64,000 nucleotides of DNA from Planctomycetota bacterium (GTDB taxonomy: Bacteria; Planctomycetota; Planctomycetia; Pirellulales; UBA1268), in contig JBAXUW010000002.1 in assembly GCA_037129495.1 (NCBI GenBank), positions 5,498 through 69,497 on the forward strand. Reading direction: 5' to 3'. Shown here piece by piece: positions 46,405 through 56,272 of this stretch; within the stretch, counting starts at the first letter, position 1, and each line of letters starts with the position of its first letter. Below the pieces are notes generated by a model. The model was not told the DNA's origin, ran no database searches, and saw only the letters and a list, made by a program, of their open reading frames with translations. A program made the translations under genes and the position numbers.

Positions 46405-47968
46405 GATCGCGGTGCCGGTGGTGGTCCGCAACGCCCCGCCGGCCCGCCTCTACGAAGATGCCGTTACCCGCGAGCAGGCGGCGATCATGTCAAGCGGCGC
46501 GATCGCCATTCGCTCGGGGCTGAAGACGGGCCGCAGCCCCCAAGACAAGCATGTCGTTCGGGCGGCGGAATCGGAGGCCGATGTCTGGTGGGGCCCGGTC
46601 AATCATCCGATCGACGACCATACCTTCCTGCTCAATCGCCAGCGGGCCATCGACTACCTCAACACGCGGGACCAGATCTATGTCTGCGATGGTTATGCGG
46701 GCTGGGATCCTGCCTGCCGTATCAAGGTTCGCGTGCTCTGTGCGCGGGCCTACCATGCGCTCTTCATGCACAACATGCTGATTCGGCCCACGGGCGACGA
46801 ACTCGACCAGTTTGGGATGCCCGACTATGTGATCTACAACGCCGGCCAGTTTCCCGCCAATGCCCACACGGCGCAGATGACCAGCCGCACGAGCATCGAC
46901 CTCTCACTCGAGCGCCGCGAGCAGGTGCTCTTGGGCACCGAGTATGCCGGGGAGATGAAGAAGGGCGTGTTCACGATCATGCACTGGATGCTGCCCGCTC
47001 GGGGTGTCCTCTCGATGCACTGTTCCGCCAACGAGGGGCTGGCTGGGCCCAGTGGCGGCGGCGATGTGTCGCTCTTCTTCGGTCTTTCCGGCACCGGCAA
47101 GACGACCCTCTCGGCCGATCCGACCCGGCGGCTGATCGGCGACGACGAGCATGGCTGGAGCGACACCGGCATCTTCAATATTGAGGGGGGCTGTTACGCG
47201 AAGTGTATCCAGCTCTCGGCGGCCAAGGAGCCAGAGATCCACCGGGCGATTCGGTTTGGCACGGTGCTCGAAAACGTGGTCTACGATCTATCCACACGGG
47301 AAGTTGATTTTGAGTCGAGCGCCATCACGGAAAACACGCGGGCCGCCTATCCGATCGAGTTTATCGACAATGCCAAGATCCCCTGTGTGGCCGGCCATCC
47401 GCGGAACGTGATCTTCCTGACCTGCGATGCGTCGGGTGTGTTGCCGCCTGTCAGCCGGCTGTCGCGGGAGCAGGCGATGTATCACTTTCTCTCCGGTTAT
47501 ACGGCCCGTGTGGCCGGCACAGAGATGGGAGTGGTGGAGCCGCAGGTGACCTTCTCCACCTGCTTTAGCGCCGCCTTTCTTGTGCGGCATCCGGCGGTCT
47601 ACGCCCGCCTTTTGGCAGAGCGGCTCGCGCGGCACAGCGCCCAAGCTTGGCTGGTGAATACGGGCTGGACAGGCGGGGCTTACGGCCAGGGGAGGCGGAT
47701 CGATCTCGGGACAACGCGGCGGATCATCGACGGCATCAACGCTGGCGGGCTCGCCACCGCGCCGGTCGCCCGCGATCCGGTCTTTGGACTTGCGGCGGTG
47801 ACCTGTGTGCCGGGCGTTGACGACGCGATCCTCCAGCCGTGGCAGGCCTGGGGCAACGAGGCGGCGTGGACTGCAGCCGCCCGCAGCCTAGCGGCGAAGT
47901 TTCGCGAAAACTTCCTAGCCTATGCCGAGCAGGCCGGCCCAAACGTAGTTGCGGCAGGGCCCGCCTGA
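46373..47968 (+). CDS. pckA: Phosphoenolpyruvate carboxykinase (ATP)
   Basis: FFGLSGTGKTTLSADPTRRLIGDDEHGWSDTGIFNIEGGCYAKC and GRSPQDK. Confidence 0.95.
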   Translation: MPRPVDLSVHEIAVPVVVRNAPPARLYEDAVTREQAAIMSSGAIAIRSGLKTGRSPQDKHVVRAAESEADVWWGPVNHPIDDHTFLLNRQRAIDYLNTRDQIYVCDGYAGWDPACRIKVRVLCARAYHALFMHNMLIRPTGDELDQFGMPDYVIYNAGQFPANAHTAQMTSRTSIDLSLERREQVLLGTEYAGEMKKGVFTIMHWMLPARGVLSMHCSANEGLAGPSGGGDVSLFFGLSGTGKTTLSADPTRRLIGDDEHGWSDTGIFNIEGGCYAKCIQLSAAKEPEIHRAIRFGTVLENVVYDLSTREVDFESSAITENTRAAYPIEFIDNAKIPCVAGHPRNVIFLTCDASGVLPPVSRLSREQAMYHFLSGYTARVAGTEMGVVEPQVTFSTCFSAAFLVRHPAVYARLLAERLARHSAQAWLVNTGWTGGAYGQGRRIDLGTTRRIIDGINAGGLATAPVARDPVFGLAAVTCVPGVDDAILQPWQAWGNEAAWTAAARSLAAKFRENFLAYAEQAGPNVVAAGPA

Positions 47969-48071
47969 GTGTTTCGCGGGCAGCGGTGGCGCCGAGCCAC
48001 TTGGCGGAGTGACGGGATGTGTCTAAAACTAAGGAGGTGGCTTTTCTGCTCACGCCTGTAGGAGACTTTCC

Positions 48072-48650
48072 ATGCTGACAAAAATGCTTGTGACCAACGT
48101 GCTTGTGATGATGTTTGTGGCCCTCGCCGCTGTCGTGTCGACCACCACCGCTCGTGCCGAGCAGGCGTCGCCGCTGGCTGGCGAGGTGAAGAAGATCGAC
48201 GGCACAGCGGTCGATCTCGCCAAGTACAAGGGGAAGGTTGTTCTGATCGTCAACGTGGCCAGCCAGTGCGGCTACACTGGCCAATATGCTGGCCTCCAGA
48301 AGCTCTCCGATACTTACAAAGACAAGGGCCTCGTCGTGCTCGGCTTCCCCGCGAACGAGTTCGGCGGCCAAGAGCCGGGCACCGACGCCGAGATCGCGAA
48401 GTTCTGCTCGTCGAAGTATGGCGTGACGTTCGACATGTTTTCTAAGATCGTCGTCAAGGGGCCGAACAAGGCGCCGCTCTACAAGGCACTCACTGAAGGA
48501 GCCACACCTGCTGGCGAGGTGGGCTGGAACTTTGAGAAGTTTCTGATCGGCCGTGACGGCCAGATCATCGGCCGTTATAAGTCAGGCGTCGGTCCCGACG
48601 CGGCCGAACTCACGAAAGCGGTCGAGACCGCGCTGGCAAAGGCCGGCTGA
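48072..48650 (+). CDS. Glutathione peroxidase family protein (Cys-type) with signal peptide
   Basis: VVLIVNVASQCGYTGQYAGLQKL..LGFPANEFGGQEPG..WNFEKFLIGRDG. The active-site residue is a TGC Cys codon. The N-terminal hydrophobic leader ends ..ARAEQ. Confidence 0.9.
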   Translation: MLTKMLVTNVLVMMFVALAAVVSTTTARAEQASPLAGEVKKIDGTAVDLAKYKGKVVLIVNVASQCGYTGQYAGLQKLSDTYKDKGLVVLGFPANEFGGQEPGTDAEIAKFCSSKYGVTFDMFSKIVVKGPNKAPLYKALTEGATPAGEVGWNFEKFLIGRDGQIIGRYKSGVGPDAAELTKAVETALAKAG

Positions 48651-48651
48651 G

Positions 48652-48687
48652 GCCAGTCATGCCAGTCATGCCAGTCATGCCAGTCAT
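48652..48687. repeat. 9-bp tandem repeat x4 (GCCAGTCAT)
   Basis: Read directly. Fills the 33-bp convergent gap between gpx (stop 48650) and the GT2 gene. The last copy supplies the GT2 TGA stop (48684-48686, minus strand). Confidence 0.95.
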
Positions 48688-49763
48688 GCGGCGCGGGACG
48701 AACGGACGTTACCCGCGGCGTTGATCGTGCGGCGGACGACCCACGTGGGCCGGCCCTGCGACTCGCGATAGGTGCGGACCACATACTCGCCCACGATCGC
48801 TACTGCTGCTGTCTGCACGGCGGCGCTGGTCGCCACCACGGCGATCAGCGCTGCCAGCGAGATGCCGGCCCCAACGCTGCTGGCTTGCGCGGTGCCTTGC
48901 GCCGCGTTGCCTGCCGTGGCATTGAGGCTCGACCAGATGGTTCCTGCCGCGGCAATCAGGCCGACGCCACCGAGTGCTAGGCTCGCAAGCCAAGTCAGCC
49001 GCACCGGTGCATCGGATGAAATCACCAGCGCATCCGCGGCGAGCCTGAGGAGTGTGCGGGCCGAGTAGTTTGTTTCGCCCGTGGTGCGGGCGTGGCGGTC
49101 ATACCAGACTGGCTCCTGACGGAAGCCAGCCCAGGGAACGAGGCTGCGGAGATAGCGACGCTTCTCAGGCAGGCTGCAGACAGCGTCGACCACAGCTCGA
49201 TCGACGAGCTTGAAGTCGCCGGTGTCGACCGGAATCGGATAGGGCATAAGGCTGGCGAAGAGCCTGTGAAAGAGACTGGCTGTGATGAGCTTGAAGCGAG
49301 TCTCCCCTTCGCGGGACCGGCGGCGGCCATAGGCCACATCGACGCCGCTCCGCCAGGCGCGGACCATGTCGGGAATCACTTCCGGCGGGTCTTGGAGATC
49401 GGCATCGATGATGACAACGGCGTCGCCGCGGGCCTGAGCCAGGCCCGCCGACATTGCCGCCTGCTGGCCGAAGTTACGGGAGAGTTCTACGATCACGGCC
49501 CGGCGGTCTCGCGCGGCAATCGCCTCCAGCTTTTCAAGCGTGGCGTCGCGGCTACCGTCGTCGATGTAGATGATCTCGAGTTCCATGCCGGTCGTTGCCA
49601 CCGCTGCGACGAGTCGCTCGTGGGCGGCCGCCACCACCGCCTCCTCGTTGTGGCAGGGCACCACGATCGAGAGCAGGCCGCCGGGGCCGCGAGGGGCGGA
49701 CTGCTGCGTCGGCCGTTCGCAGGACAGGATGGCGGGAGTGGAATCGGTGGCGTGTCGGTTCAT
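48684..49763 (-). CDS. Polyprenyl-phosphate glycosyltransferase, GT2 family (ArnC/GtrB/DPM1-like)
   Basis: LSIVVPCHNEE..IIYIDDGSRDAT..LSRNFGQQAAMSAGL..VVIIDADLQDPPEVIP. Two C-terminal TM helices then ..IVGEYVVRTY. Same architecture as E. coli ArnC. Confidence 0.88.
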   Translation of the reverse strand: MNRHATDSTPAILSCERPTQQSAPRGPGGLLSIVVPCHNEEAVVAAAHERLVAAVATTGMELEIIYIDDGSRDATLEKLEAIAARDRRAVIVELSRNFGQQAAMSAGLAQARGDAVVIIDADLQDPPEVIPDMVRAWRSGVDVAYGRRRSREGETRFKLITASLFHRLFASLMPYPIPVDTGDFKLVDRAVVDAVCSLPEKRRYLRSLVPWAGFRQEPVWYDRHARTTGETNYSARTLLRLAADALVISSDAPVRLTWLASLALGGVGLIAAAGTIWSSLNATAGNAAQGTAQASSVGAGISLAALIAVVATSAAVQTAAVAIVGEYVVRTYRESQGRPTWVVRRTINAAGNVRSSRAA

Positions 49764-51577
49764 CGGATCGTGCTCCCTAGGCTGGCGGCCGGACCGGTGC
49801 CACGGGCGGCGGTCGTCGTTCCCGTGGGGGTGTGCGTGCCGACGAGTAAGAAATCGTGGTCGCGGAAGAGCGGACGGGAGCGGCCGATGATGCCCACGCC
49901 TGCGGGCAGAGCGGCCGACAGCAAGGAGAAATTATCTTCGCGGACGAGCAGCACGGCGTCTGGTCCCGAGGCGAGGAAGCGGAGTGCCTCGTCGCGGTCG
50001 GGCTCCTGCCAGGCGGTGACGTGGCCGTGAGCGTAGTAGACGACGTTGGGCGTGATCTGCGTGAACGTGCCGAGGCGGGCATGGCCGCCCGCGTGACGAT
50101 GCGCCTCCTCGACAAGCGGCGGCAATGCGTTGGCACCGGCCAGTTGGGCCGCGGCGGGACCGACGGCCAGGCCCGTATAGACCAGGCCTGTGATGGCAAG
50201 CGCCGTAATCGCCCGCAGCGGTTCGCTTCGGAAGTGCCAGAGGCAGGCGGCGCCGATGATCGGCACGATGCCCACCAGGGCGGCTGGTGCAGCACCGACC
50301 AGGCCGTATCGCTCCGCCACAAGCACGGTCCCGGCCGTGATCACTCCACCGATGCCCAGCGAAGCGGTGCCGGCTGCCATCCACGCCGGATGGGCCCAGC
50401 GGCCGCGTTCTGCGGCGGCCACGCCGGCTGCGGCGACAAGCAATGCCGCGGCAGGATAGGCCGGCAGAACATAATTGGGCAGCTTCGTTGCCGACGCGGA
50501 AAAGCCGCCCACCCAGACGGTGATCCAGACGAGCGCGAGCATGAACGCAGCTTGGCGAATAGGCGTTTCAACTCGATGCCAGATCCGCCAGGCCGTTACC
50601 ACGATCGCCAGTGGCAGGAAGCACGACCAAGGGTAGAAGCCCACGAGCATCGCCAAGGGGTGTAAGAACACGCTCCCGCTATGTTGCTCCATCGGCGCCA
50701 CGAATCGGCCGATGTTGTGGATGAAGAAAAAGCCGTTCAACCACTCGCCGTGGGTGCGAAGCGACACGGCCGTGTACCACGGCGCTGCCACGACGAGCAT
50801 GGCCACGATCATGATGCCGAGCCGGGCTATGAGGAGAGAATTCCAGCCGGCTTGCACTGTCGATGCGATGCGGAATTTCCCATCCCATGCCAGCCAGCAG
50901 GTCCAAGGGAGCACGACAGCCAGTGGGCCCACGACCCCGATCGGTCCCTTGCAGACGACCGCCAGGCCGAGCAGGCCGCCGATGAGCGAGGCACGCTGCC
51001 ACGAGAGCCGGGGCAGGGGGTTCGCGGGCAGAACACCTTCCGCGAGCACTGCCTCCGCAAAGAGCACCGTGGCCCATGTAGTGAGGCAGGTCAGGATCGC
51101 GTCGGGCGTGGCGGCATGCGCCTCGATACCCACCAGCAGGCAGCCGACATAGGCGACCGCCGCGACGATGCCGGCGGTTGGACGAAACCAACGGGTGCCA
51201 GCCCGGAGGAGGGCGAGCGCGGTGAGGAGCGTGGCCAGCGCCGCTGGCAGCCGGGCCGCGATCTCCGATGTGCCGAAGAGTGTGTAGGAGACGGCCATGG
51301 CCCAGTGCATCAGCACTGGCTTGTCGACGGCCAGTTCGTCGTTGAACATCGGCACGACCCAGTCGCCAGAGTCGACCATCGTGCGGGCGATCGCGGCAAA
51401 TCGCGGTTCGTCCTCGTCCCAGAAGGGCGTGGCCGCGATGCCGACCATGAGGCTAGCGATCGAGGCGGCCAGTACGATCGTGAGCGGACGACGATCCTGC
51501 ATGGAAGGGCTCCGGAAGCGGCTGGGAAGGGGCTCAGAGGGGTGGCAGCGAGTTGGCAGAGGGTTGAAGTGAGTCAT
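49760..51577 (-). CDS. GT-C fold glycosyltransferase, family 39/83 (ArnT/PMT_2-like), copy A
   Basis: FWDEDEPRFAAIARTMVDSGDWVVPMFNDELAVDKPVLMHW, followed by ~12 hydrophobic helices and a soluble C-terminal domain. The start is either 51577 (ATGA overlap with the upstream stop) or 51502 (MQDRRP..). The stop overlaps the GT2 start (ATGA). Confidence 0.85.
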   Translation of the reverse strand: MTHFNPLPTRCHPSEPLPSRFRSPSMQDRRPLTIVLAASIASLMVGIAATPFWDEDEPRFAAIARTMVDSGDWVVPMFNDELAVDKPVLMHWAMAVSYTLFGTSEIAARLPAALATLLTALALLRAGTRWFRPTAGIVAAVAYVGCLLVGIEAHAATPDAILTCLTTWATVLFAEAVLAEGVLPANPLPRLSWQRASLIGGLLGLAVVCKGPIGVVGPLAVVLPWTCWLAWDGKFRIASTVQAGWNSLLIARLGIMIVAMLVVAAPWYTAVSLRTHGEWLNGFFFIHNIGRFVAPMEQHSGSVFLHPLAMLVGFYPWSCFLPLAIVVTAWRIWHRVETPIRQAAFMLALVWITVWVGGFSASATKLPNYVLPAYPAAALLVAAAGVAAAERGRWAHPAWMAAGTASLGIGGVITAGTVLVAERYGLVGAAPAALVGIVPIIGAACLWHFRSEPLRAITALAITGLVYTGLAVGPAAAQLAGANALPPLVEEAHRHAGGHARLGTFTQITPNVVYYAHGHVTAWQEPDRDEALRFLASGPDAVLLVREDNFSLLSAALPAGVGIIGRSRPLFRDHDFLLVGTHTPTGTTTAARGTGPAASLGSTIR

Positions 51578-53349
51578 TGCAGGAGTGCAAGCGGTGGGTC
51601 GTCTGGCACCAGCGGGAGACGGCCGATCAGCAGATAGTCGTGGTTGGTGAGCGTCGGCACGCGGGCCAGCACGCCACAACCCGTCGGCAGCACCGAGCCA
51701 ACGAGTTGCTCCTGGCGGCTGTCGATCACGACGCGGGCCAGCGGATGCCGCAGAAGATGATCGGCGACGTCGGCGGCGGTGTCGAGTTTCTCGATCAGAG
51801 CACCGGTGTAGAAGACGAGGCTTGGCGGCACGTTCCAGAGGCATGCCCAGCGGCAGTCCTGCGATGGCTCTCTGAGTTGCTCGACGAGCGTTCGCGGCCC
51901 CTGAGCATGGCTGAAGGATTCGGCGGCGATCGAGGCCATGAGTGTGACAAACAAACAGGCGCCGCCTGCCACCGTTGCCAAGCTCCACTGCCGCGCACCA
52001 TGAGACTGGCACTGCCAGGCGATCCAAGCGGCGACCAAGGGGATCAGCCCGAACAGGCCGAGCCACTCGCCGCCTGGTGCGAACTGGGCGGCGGCGATCG
52101 GCAGCCCGATGGTGAAGCCGAGGCCGGTCAGCGCCAGAATCGACCATGCCAGCCGCATCACCAGTTCGCTGGCACGGCCGGGGTCGGGACACCAGTCGAA
52201 GCAGGCCACGCGACCCCGGGCCCAGTCGACCAGAAAGAGTGCGGTGCCAATGGCGAGCGCCGGATAGGCGGGCCAGATGTATCCCGGTAATTTTGTGCCT
52301 GCGCAGGAGAAGCTGCCGATCCAGGCGAGCATCCAGCAGACGAGCAGTTGGGTTGCGGCTCGGCGGTCATCGTCGCGAGTCGATCGGAGCACCGCCGTGG
52401 CATGCGCGAGCATCGCCGCGAGGACGATTGACCAGGGAAAGAGGCCGATGGCCACGATGCCGGGGTAATACAGGAGCGAACCGGAGTGGCCCTCCATTGT
52501 CGCAGTGAAGCGACCGACATTGTGCACGATGAGAAAGCCGTGCAGCCAGAGCCCGTCGGTGCGGATCGTTACCCAGGCATACCACGGCAGCGCCACCCCC
52601 ATGGCTACGCACAGGATCGTGAGCGGCCGGAGGTTGGTGACTTTTTCCCGCCAGCCGCCCGCCGTGCCGGACTGACGCCAGATGGCAAAGAGGAGAAATG
52701 CCACGAGCGGAAGGACGACGCCGACCGGCCCCTTGGTAAGGACGGCGGCCCCGCAGGCCATGCCGACACCGGCCGCCGACCATGCGGAGAGGCGTGTGCA
52801 GCCGGTGTCGCGACCACCGCCTCCGCAGACAAACAGATAGAACGCCAGCGTCGTGAAGAACGTGAGCGGCGCATCGGGCGTGGCGGCCCGGCCAACCACG
52901 GCTGTGCCGACGCAGGTGGCCATGACCAGACCGCCCAGGAGGCCGACCGCCGGCCCCAGGAGCAGGCAGCCGATTCGCCACGTGAGCAGGCAGGTGCCGA
53001 TGGTCAAGAGAGCAGAACTGAGCCGGGCGCCGGTTTCGTTTCGGCCGCAGAGGGTGTAGCCGCCGATCTGGAGCCAGTTCACCAGCGGTGGCTTTTCAAC
53101 CCGCAGCCGGCCGTTGAACGTGGGAACGACCCAGTCGCCGCTGTCCAGCATGGCGAGCGAACAGGCAGCATTTTTCGGCTCGTCGTCATCCCAGAGGGCC
53201 GGCCCACCCAGTCGGAAGAGCAGCACCGCCGCCGCTGCTGCAACGACGAACCAACCGTGAAAACGAGGTGCTGGCACGGGTAAATAGCCTCGGCTGGGAA
53301 CGTGGTGAAAACGGGGCGGGAGAGTAGGCGGGGCGGCCAAGCGGGTCAA
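51574..53349 (-). CDS. GT-C fold glycosyltransferase, family 39/83 (ArnT/PMT_2-like), copy B
   Basis: LWDDDEPKNAACSLAMLDSGDWVVPTFNGRLRVEKPPLVNW and the same polytopic architecture as copy A. The start is uncertain: TTG 53349, TTG 53340 or GTG 53277. Confidence 0.85.
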   Translation of the reverse strand: MTRLAAPPTLPPRFHHVPSRGYLPVPAPRFHGWFVVAAAAAVLLFRLGGPALWDDDEPKNAACSLAMLDSGDWVVPTFNGRLRVEKPPLVNWLQIGGYTLCGRNETGARLSSALLTIGTCLLTWRIGCLLLGPAVGLLGGLVMATCVGTAVVGRAATPDAPLTFFTTLAFYLFVCGGGGRDTGCTRLSAWSAAGVGMACGAAVLTKGPVGVVLPLVAFLLFAIWRQSGTAGGWREKVTNLRPLTILCVAMGVALPWYAWVTIRTDGLWLHGFLIVHNVGRFTATMEGHSGSLLYYPGIVAIGLFPWSIVLAAMLAHATAVLRSTRDDDRRAATQLLVCWMLAWIGSFSCAGTKLPGYIWPAYPALAIGTALFLVDWARGRVACFDWCPDPGRASELVMRLAWSILALTGLGFTIGLPIAAAQFAPGGEWLGLFGLIPLVAAWIAWQCQSHGARQWSLATVAGGACLFVTLMASIAAESFSHAQGPRTLVEQLREPSQDCRWACLWNVPPSLVFYTGALIEKLDTAADVADHLLRHPLARVVIDSRQEQLVGSVLPTGCGVLARVPTLTNHDYLLIGRLPLVPDDPPLALLQ

Positions 53350-53464
53350 GACATCAAGCGGTCGTTTTTATCGGTGTCTCAGGCCGGTTGACCGTTCCAG
53401 AAGGCCGGGTATGTTCAACAGGTTCCTCCGGTGAAAACCCCGGGGGCAAGTTGGAGAAAACCCC

Positions 53465-56272
53465 TTGGCAGACGACATCAATTCGCCCGAAGACGAGGAA
53501 CCAGGTCTTTCCGAGGGGGGGGGGCCGCCGCAGGCCGGCCAGCCGGCGGCCCATTCGGTCCATGGTGATCAGCGGGATGCGCTGGGTGTGCTCCGAGACA
53601 ACGCCGGCGGCCGGCTGATTGAGCAGCCGATCGAACAAGAGCTGAAAGACAGCTACCTCACCTACGCCATGAGTGTGATCGTGTCGCGGGCCTTGCCCGA
53701 CGTTCGCGATGGGCTCAAACCGTCGCAGCGGCGCATCTTAGTCGCGATGAACGACCTCAATCTCTCGCCTGGCGCCTCTCGGGTGAAGTGTGCAAAAATC
53801 TCCGGCGATACCAGTGGCAACTACCATCCCCACGGCGAGAGCGTGATCTATCCGACGCTTGTCCGTATGGCCCAGGAATGGAACATGCGGCATGTGCTGG
53901 TCGACAAGCAGGGCAACTTTGGCTCGATCGCCGGCCTACCCGCCGCTGCCATGCGATATACCGAGGCCCGGCTCTCACCGATCGCAGCGATGATGCTCGA
54001 CGACATCGGGCTCGACACGGTCGACTTTGTGCCGACCTACGACGAGCGCAACACCGAGCCGGTGGTGCTGCCGAGCCGGTTCCCTAATCTCGTGGTCAAT
54101 GGCGCTGGCGGCATTGCCGTCGGCATGGCGACGAGCATTCCCCCGCACAACCTCGGCGAGGTCTGTCGAGCGCTCGTGCAGTTGATCGATGCGCCGGGCA
54201 CCTCAATGGCCGAACTGCTCCAGATCGTGCCGGGCCCCGATTTCCCCACCGGCGGAATCGTGATGGGCCGCGAGTCGCTCGCCCGTGGGTATCTCACCGG
54301 CCGCAGCACGATCACGCTCCGTGCCCGGGCCCATGTCGAAGAGTTCGGCAAGAACCGTAACCGGATCGTCGTCACGGAGATTCCCTACCAACAGACCCGC
54401 GACGCCATTGAGGAGAAAATCGCCGAACTGGTCAATGAAGACCGCATCAAGGGCATCTCTGCGATCCGCAACGAGAGCGACCTGCACGAACCGGTGCGGC
54501 TCATTCTGGAGTTGAAGCGCGATGCTGACCCGGATGTCGTGCTCAATCAGCTCTACCAGTTCTCCTCGTTGCAGACCTCGTTCTCGCTCATTTTCCTCGC
54601 GCTCGTCGACGGGAAGCCGCGGATTCTCTCACTCAAAAACATGCTGGAGGAATTCCTCCGGCACCGCACCGCGGTGATCCGCCGCCGTACCCAGCACCTC
54701 CTCGCCCGGGCCCGCAACCGCAAGCACACGGTCGAGGGCCTGCTCGTGGCGCTGGCGAATATCGACGAGGTGATCCGGATCATCCGGAGTTCGAAATCGC
54801 AGGCTGAGGCGAAGGAGCGGCTCGTGCAGATCCAGGCGCCGGCGGCGCTTTTGGAGCGGGCCCTCGGCGCTGAAGGCTTTGCCGTCATGCAGGAGGAACG
54901 CGGAGCGGCGGAGACCTACGGCCTTTCGCCGGTGCAGTCCGACGCCATCCTGCGGCTCACGCTTGGCCAACTCGTGAACCTTGAGCAGGAGAAGCTCGGC
55001 GGAGAGCATCGCGAACTGCTCGGTAAGATCGGTGAGTTTCGCCGGATCCTGTCGAGCGAGGCCAATATCAAGGCCCTCATTCGGGCCGATCTTGTCGAGC
55101 TCGAAAGCAAGCATGCCGACGAACGACGCACGGAGATTAGTGGTGAGGCGGGTGATATTCGCGACATGGCGGAGCTGATCACTGAGGCGACGATGGTGGT
55201 TACGATCAGCCGGGCTGGCTACGTGAAGCGGACGCCTGCCGATGTCTATCGGGCGCAGCGGCGCGGCGGTAGGGGGCTCACCGGGGCCCGGAGCGACGAT
55301 GAGGATCCGATCGAGCATCTCTTCGTGGCGAGTACGCACGACTGGCTGCTCGTCTTCACCACCATGGGCAAAGTGTTTTCGCTTCGCGTCTTCGAACTGC
55401 CGGAACTGGCCCGCGACGCCAAGGGCCGGGCGCTTGTCAACCTGCTCGAATTTGAGGCCAGCGAGAAGGTGGCCGAATGCCGGGCTGTGTCGGGCTTCGA
55501 GGATCCGAATCAGTATCTCATGCTGGCCACACGCAGCGGCGTCGTGAAGAAGACTGCGCTCGAGGAATACCGTCGTCGTCGCACAAAGGGGCTGATCGCC
55601 GTCAAGCTCCGCGAGGGGGATGAATTGGTCGACGCCGTGATCACGAAGCCGGGTGACGAACTGGTACTCGCCACCGCCAAGGGGATGGCGATCCGGTTTC
55701 CCGAGTCGGATGCCCGGCCGATGGGCCGCGATACCAGTGGCGTCCGTGGCATCAAACTCGGTGCGGGGGACCGCCTCGTGGGCATGGTGGTGGCCGACCC
55801 CGACGCTACGCTGCTGACCGTTTGCGAAAACGGGTATGGCAAGCGAACCCCCTTCGGTGTCGGCACGCCGCTGTCTGGACCGGCGCCGAGCGAGGATGGC
55901 GAGGTCACTGAACCTGAGACTGCTGAACCAGCCGCCGATGAGGCGGAGGGTGAAGGCGAGTCGAGTGGCATGCGCTACCGCACGCAAAACCGTGGCGGCA
56001 AGGGGATTCGCGACATCAAGACCACGGCGCGCAATGGCGAGGTCGTGTCGGTGGTGGCAGTGCGCGACGAGGATCAGGTGCTGATGATGACAGCCCACGG
56101 TAAAATCCAGCGGGTCAACGTCCGCGAGATCAAGCCGATTGGCCGCAACACGCAGGGGGTGCGGATCATGCGGCTCGATGAGGCCGACACGCTGGCCGCG
56201 GTCGTGCCGGTGCCGCCAGGCGAGGTCGAAGACACCGCCGAGCCCGCCGCGGGCGAACCGCCCGTGGCGTAG
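53465..56272 (+). CDS. gyrA: DNA gyrase subunit A
   Basis: ELKDSYLTYAMSVIVSRALPDVRDGLKPSQRRILVAM..GNYHPHGESVIY and the GyrA box QRRGGRGLTG. Start is TTG 53465 or GTG 53588. Confidence 0.96.
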   Translation: MADDINSPEDEEPGLSEGGGPPQAGQPAAHSVHGDQRDALGVLRDNAGGRLIEQPIEQELKDSYLTYAMSVIVSRALPDVRDGLKPSQRRILVAMNDLNLSPGASRVKCAKISGDTSGNYHPHGESVIYPTLVRMAQEWNMRHVLVDKQGNFGSIAGLPAAAMRYTEARLSPIAAMMLDDIGLDTVDFVPTYDERNTEPVVLPSRFPNLVVNGAGGIAVGMATSIPPHNLGEVCRALVQLIDAPGTSMAELLQIVPGPDFPTGGIVMGRESLARGYLTGRSTITLRARAHVEEFGKNRNRIVVTEIPYQQTRDAIEEKIAELVNEDRIKGISAIRNESDLHEPVRLILELKRDADPDVVLNQLYQFSSLQTSFSLIFLALVDGKPRILSLKNMLEEFLRHRTAVIRRRTQHLLARARNRKHTVEGLLVALANIDEVIRIIRSSKSQAEAKERLVQIQAPAALLERALGAEGFAVMQEERGAAETYGLSPVQSDAILRLTLGQLVNLEQEKLGGEHRELLGKIGEFRRILSSEANIKALIRADLVELESKHADERRTEISGEAGDIRDMAELITEATMVVTISRAGYVKRTPADVYRAQRRGGRGLTGARSDDEDPIEHLFVASTHDWLLVFTTMGKVFSLRVFELPELARDAKGRALVNLLEFEASEKVAECRAVSGFEDPNQYLMLATRSGVVKKTALEEYRRRRTKGLIAVKLREGDELVDAVITKPGDELVLATAKGMAIRFPESDARPMGRDTSGVRGIKLGAGDRLVGMVVADPDATLLTVCENGYGKRTPFGVGTPLSGPAPSEDGEVTEPETAEPAADEAEGEGESSGMRYRTQNRGGKGIRDIKTTARNGEVVSVVAVRDEDQVLMMTAHGKIQRVNVREIKPIGRNTQGVRIMRLDEADTLAAVVPVPPGEVEDTAEPAAGEPPVA

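Noticed and set aside
48195-48215. The glutathione peroxidase as a possible selenoprotein.
   Set aside because: The active-site codon in VASQCGYT is TGC (Cys), not TGA.
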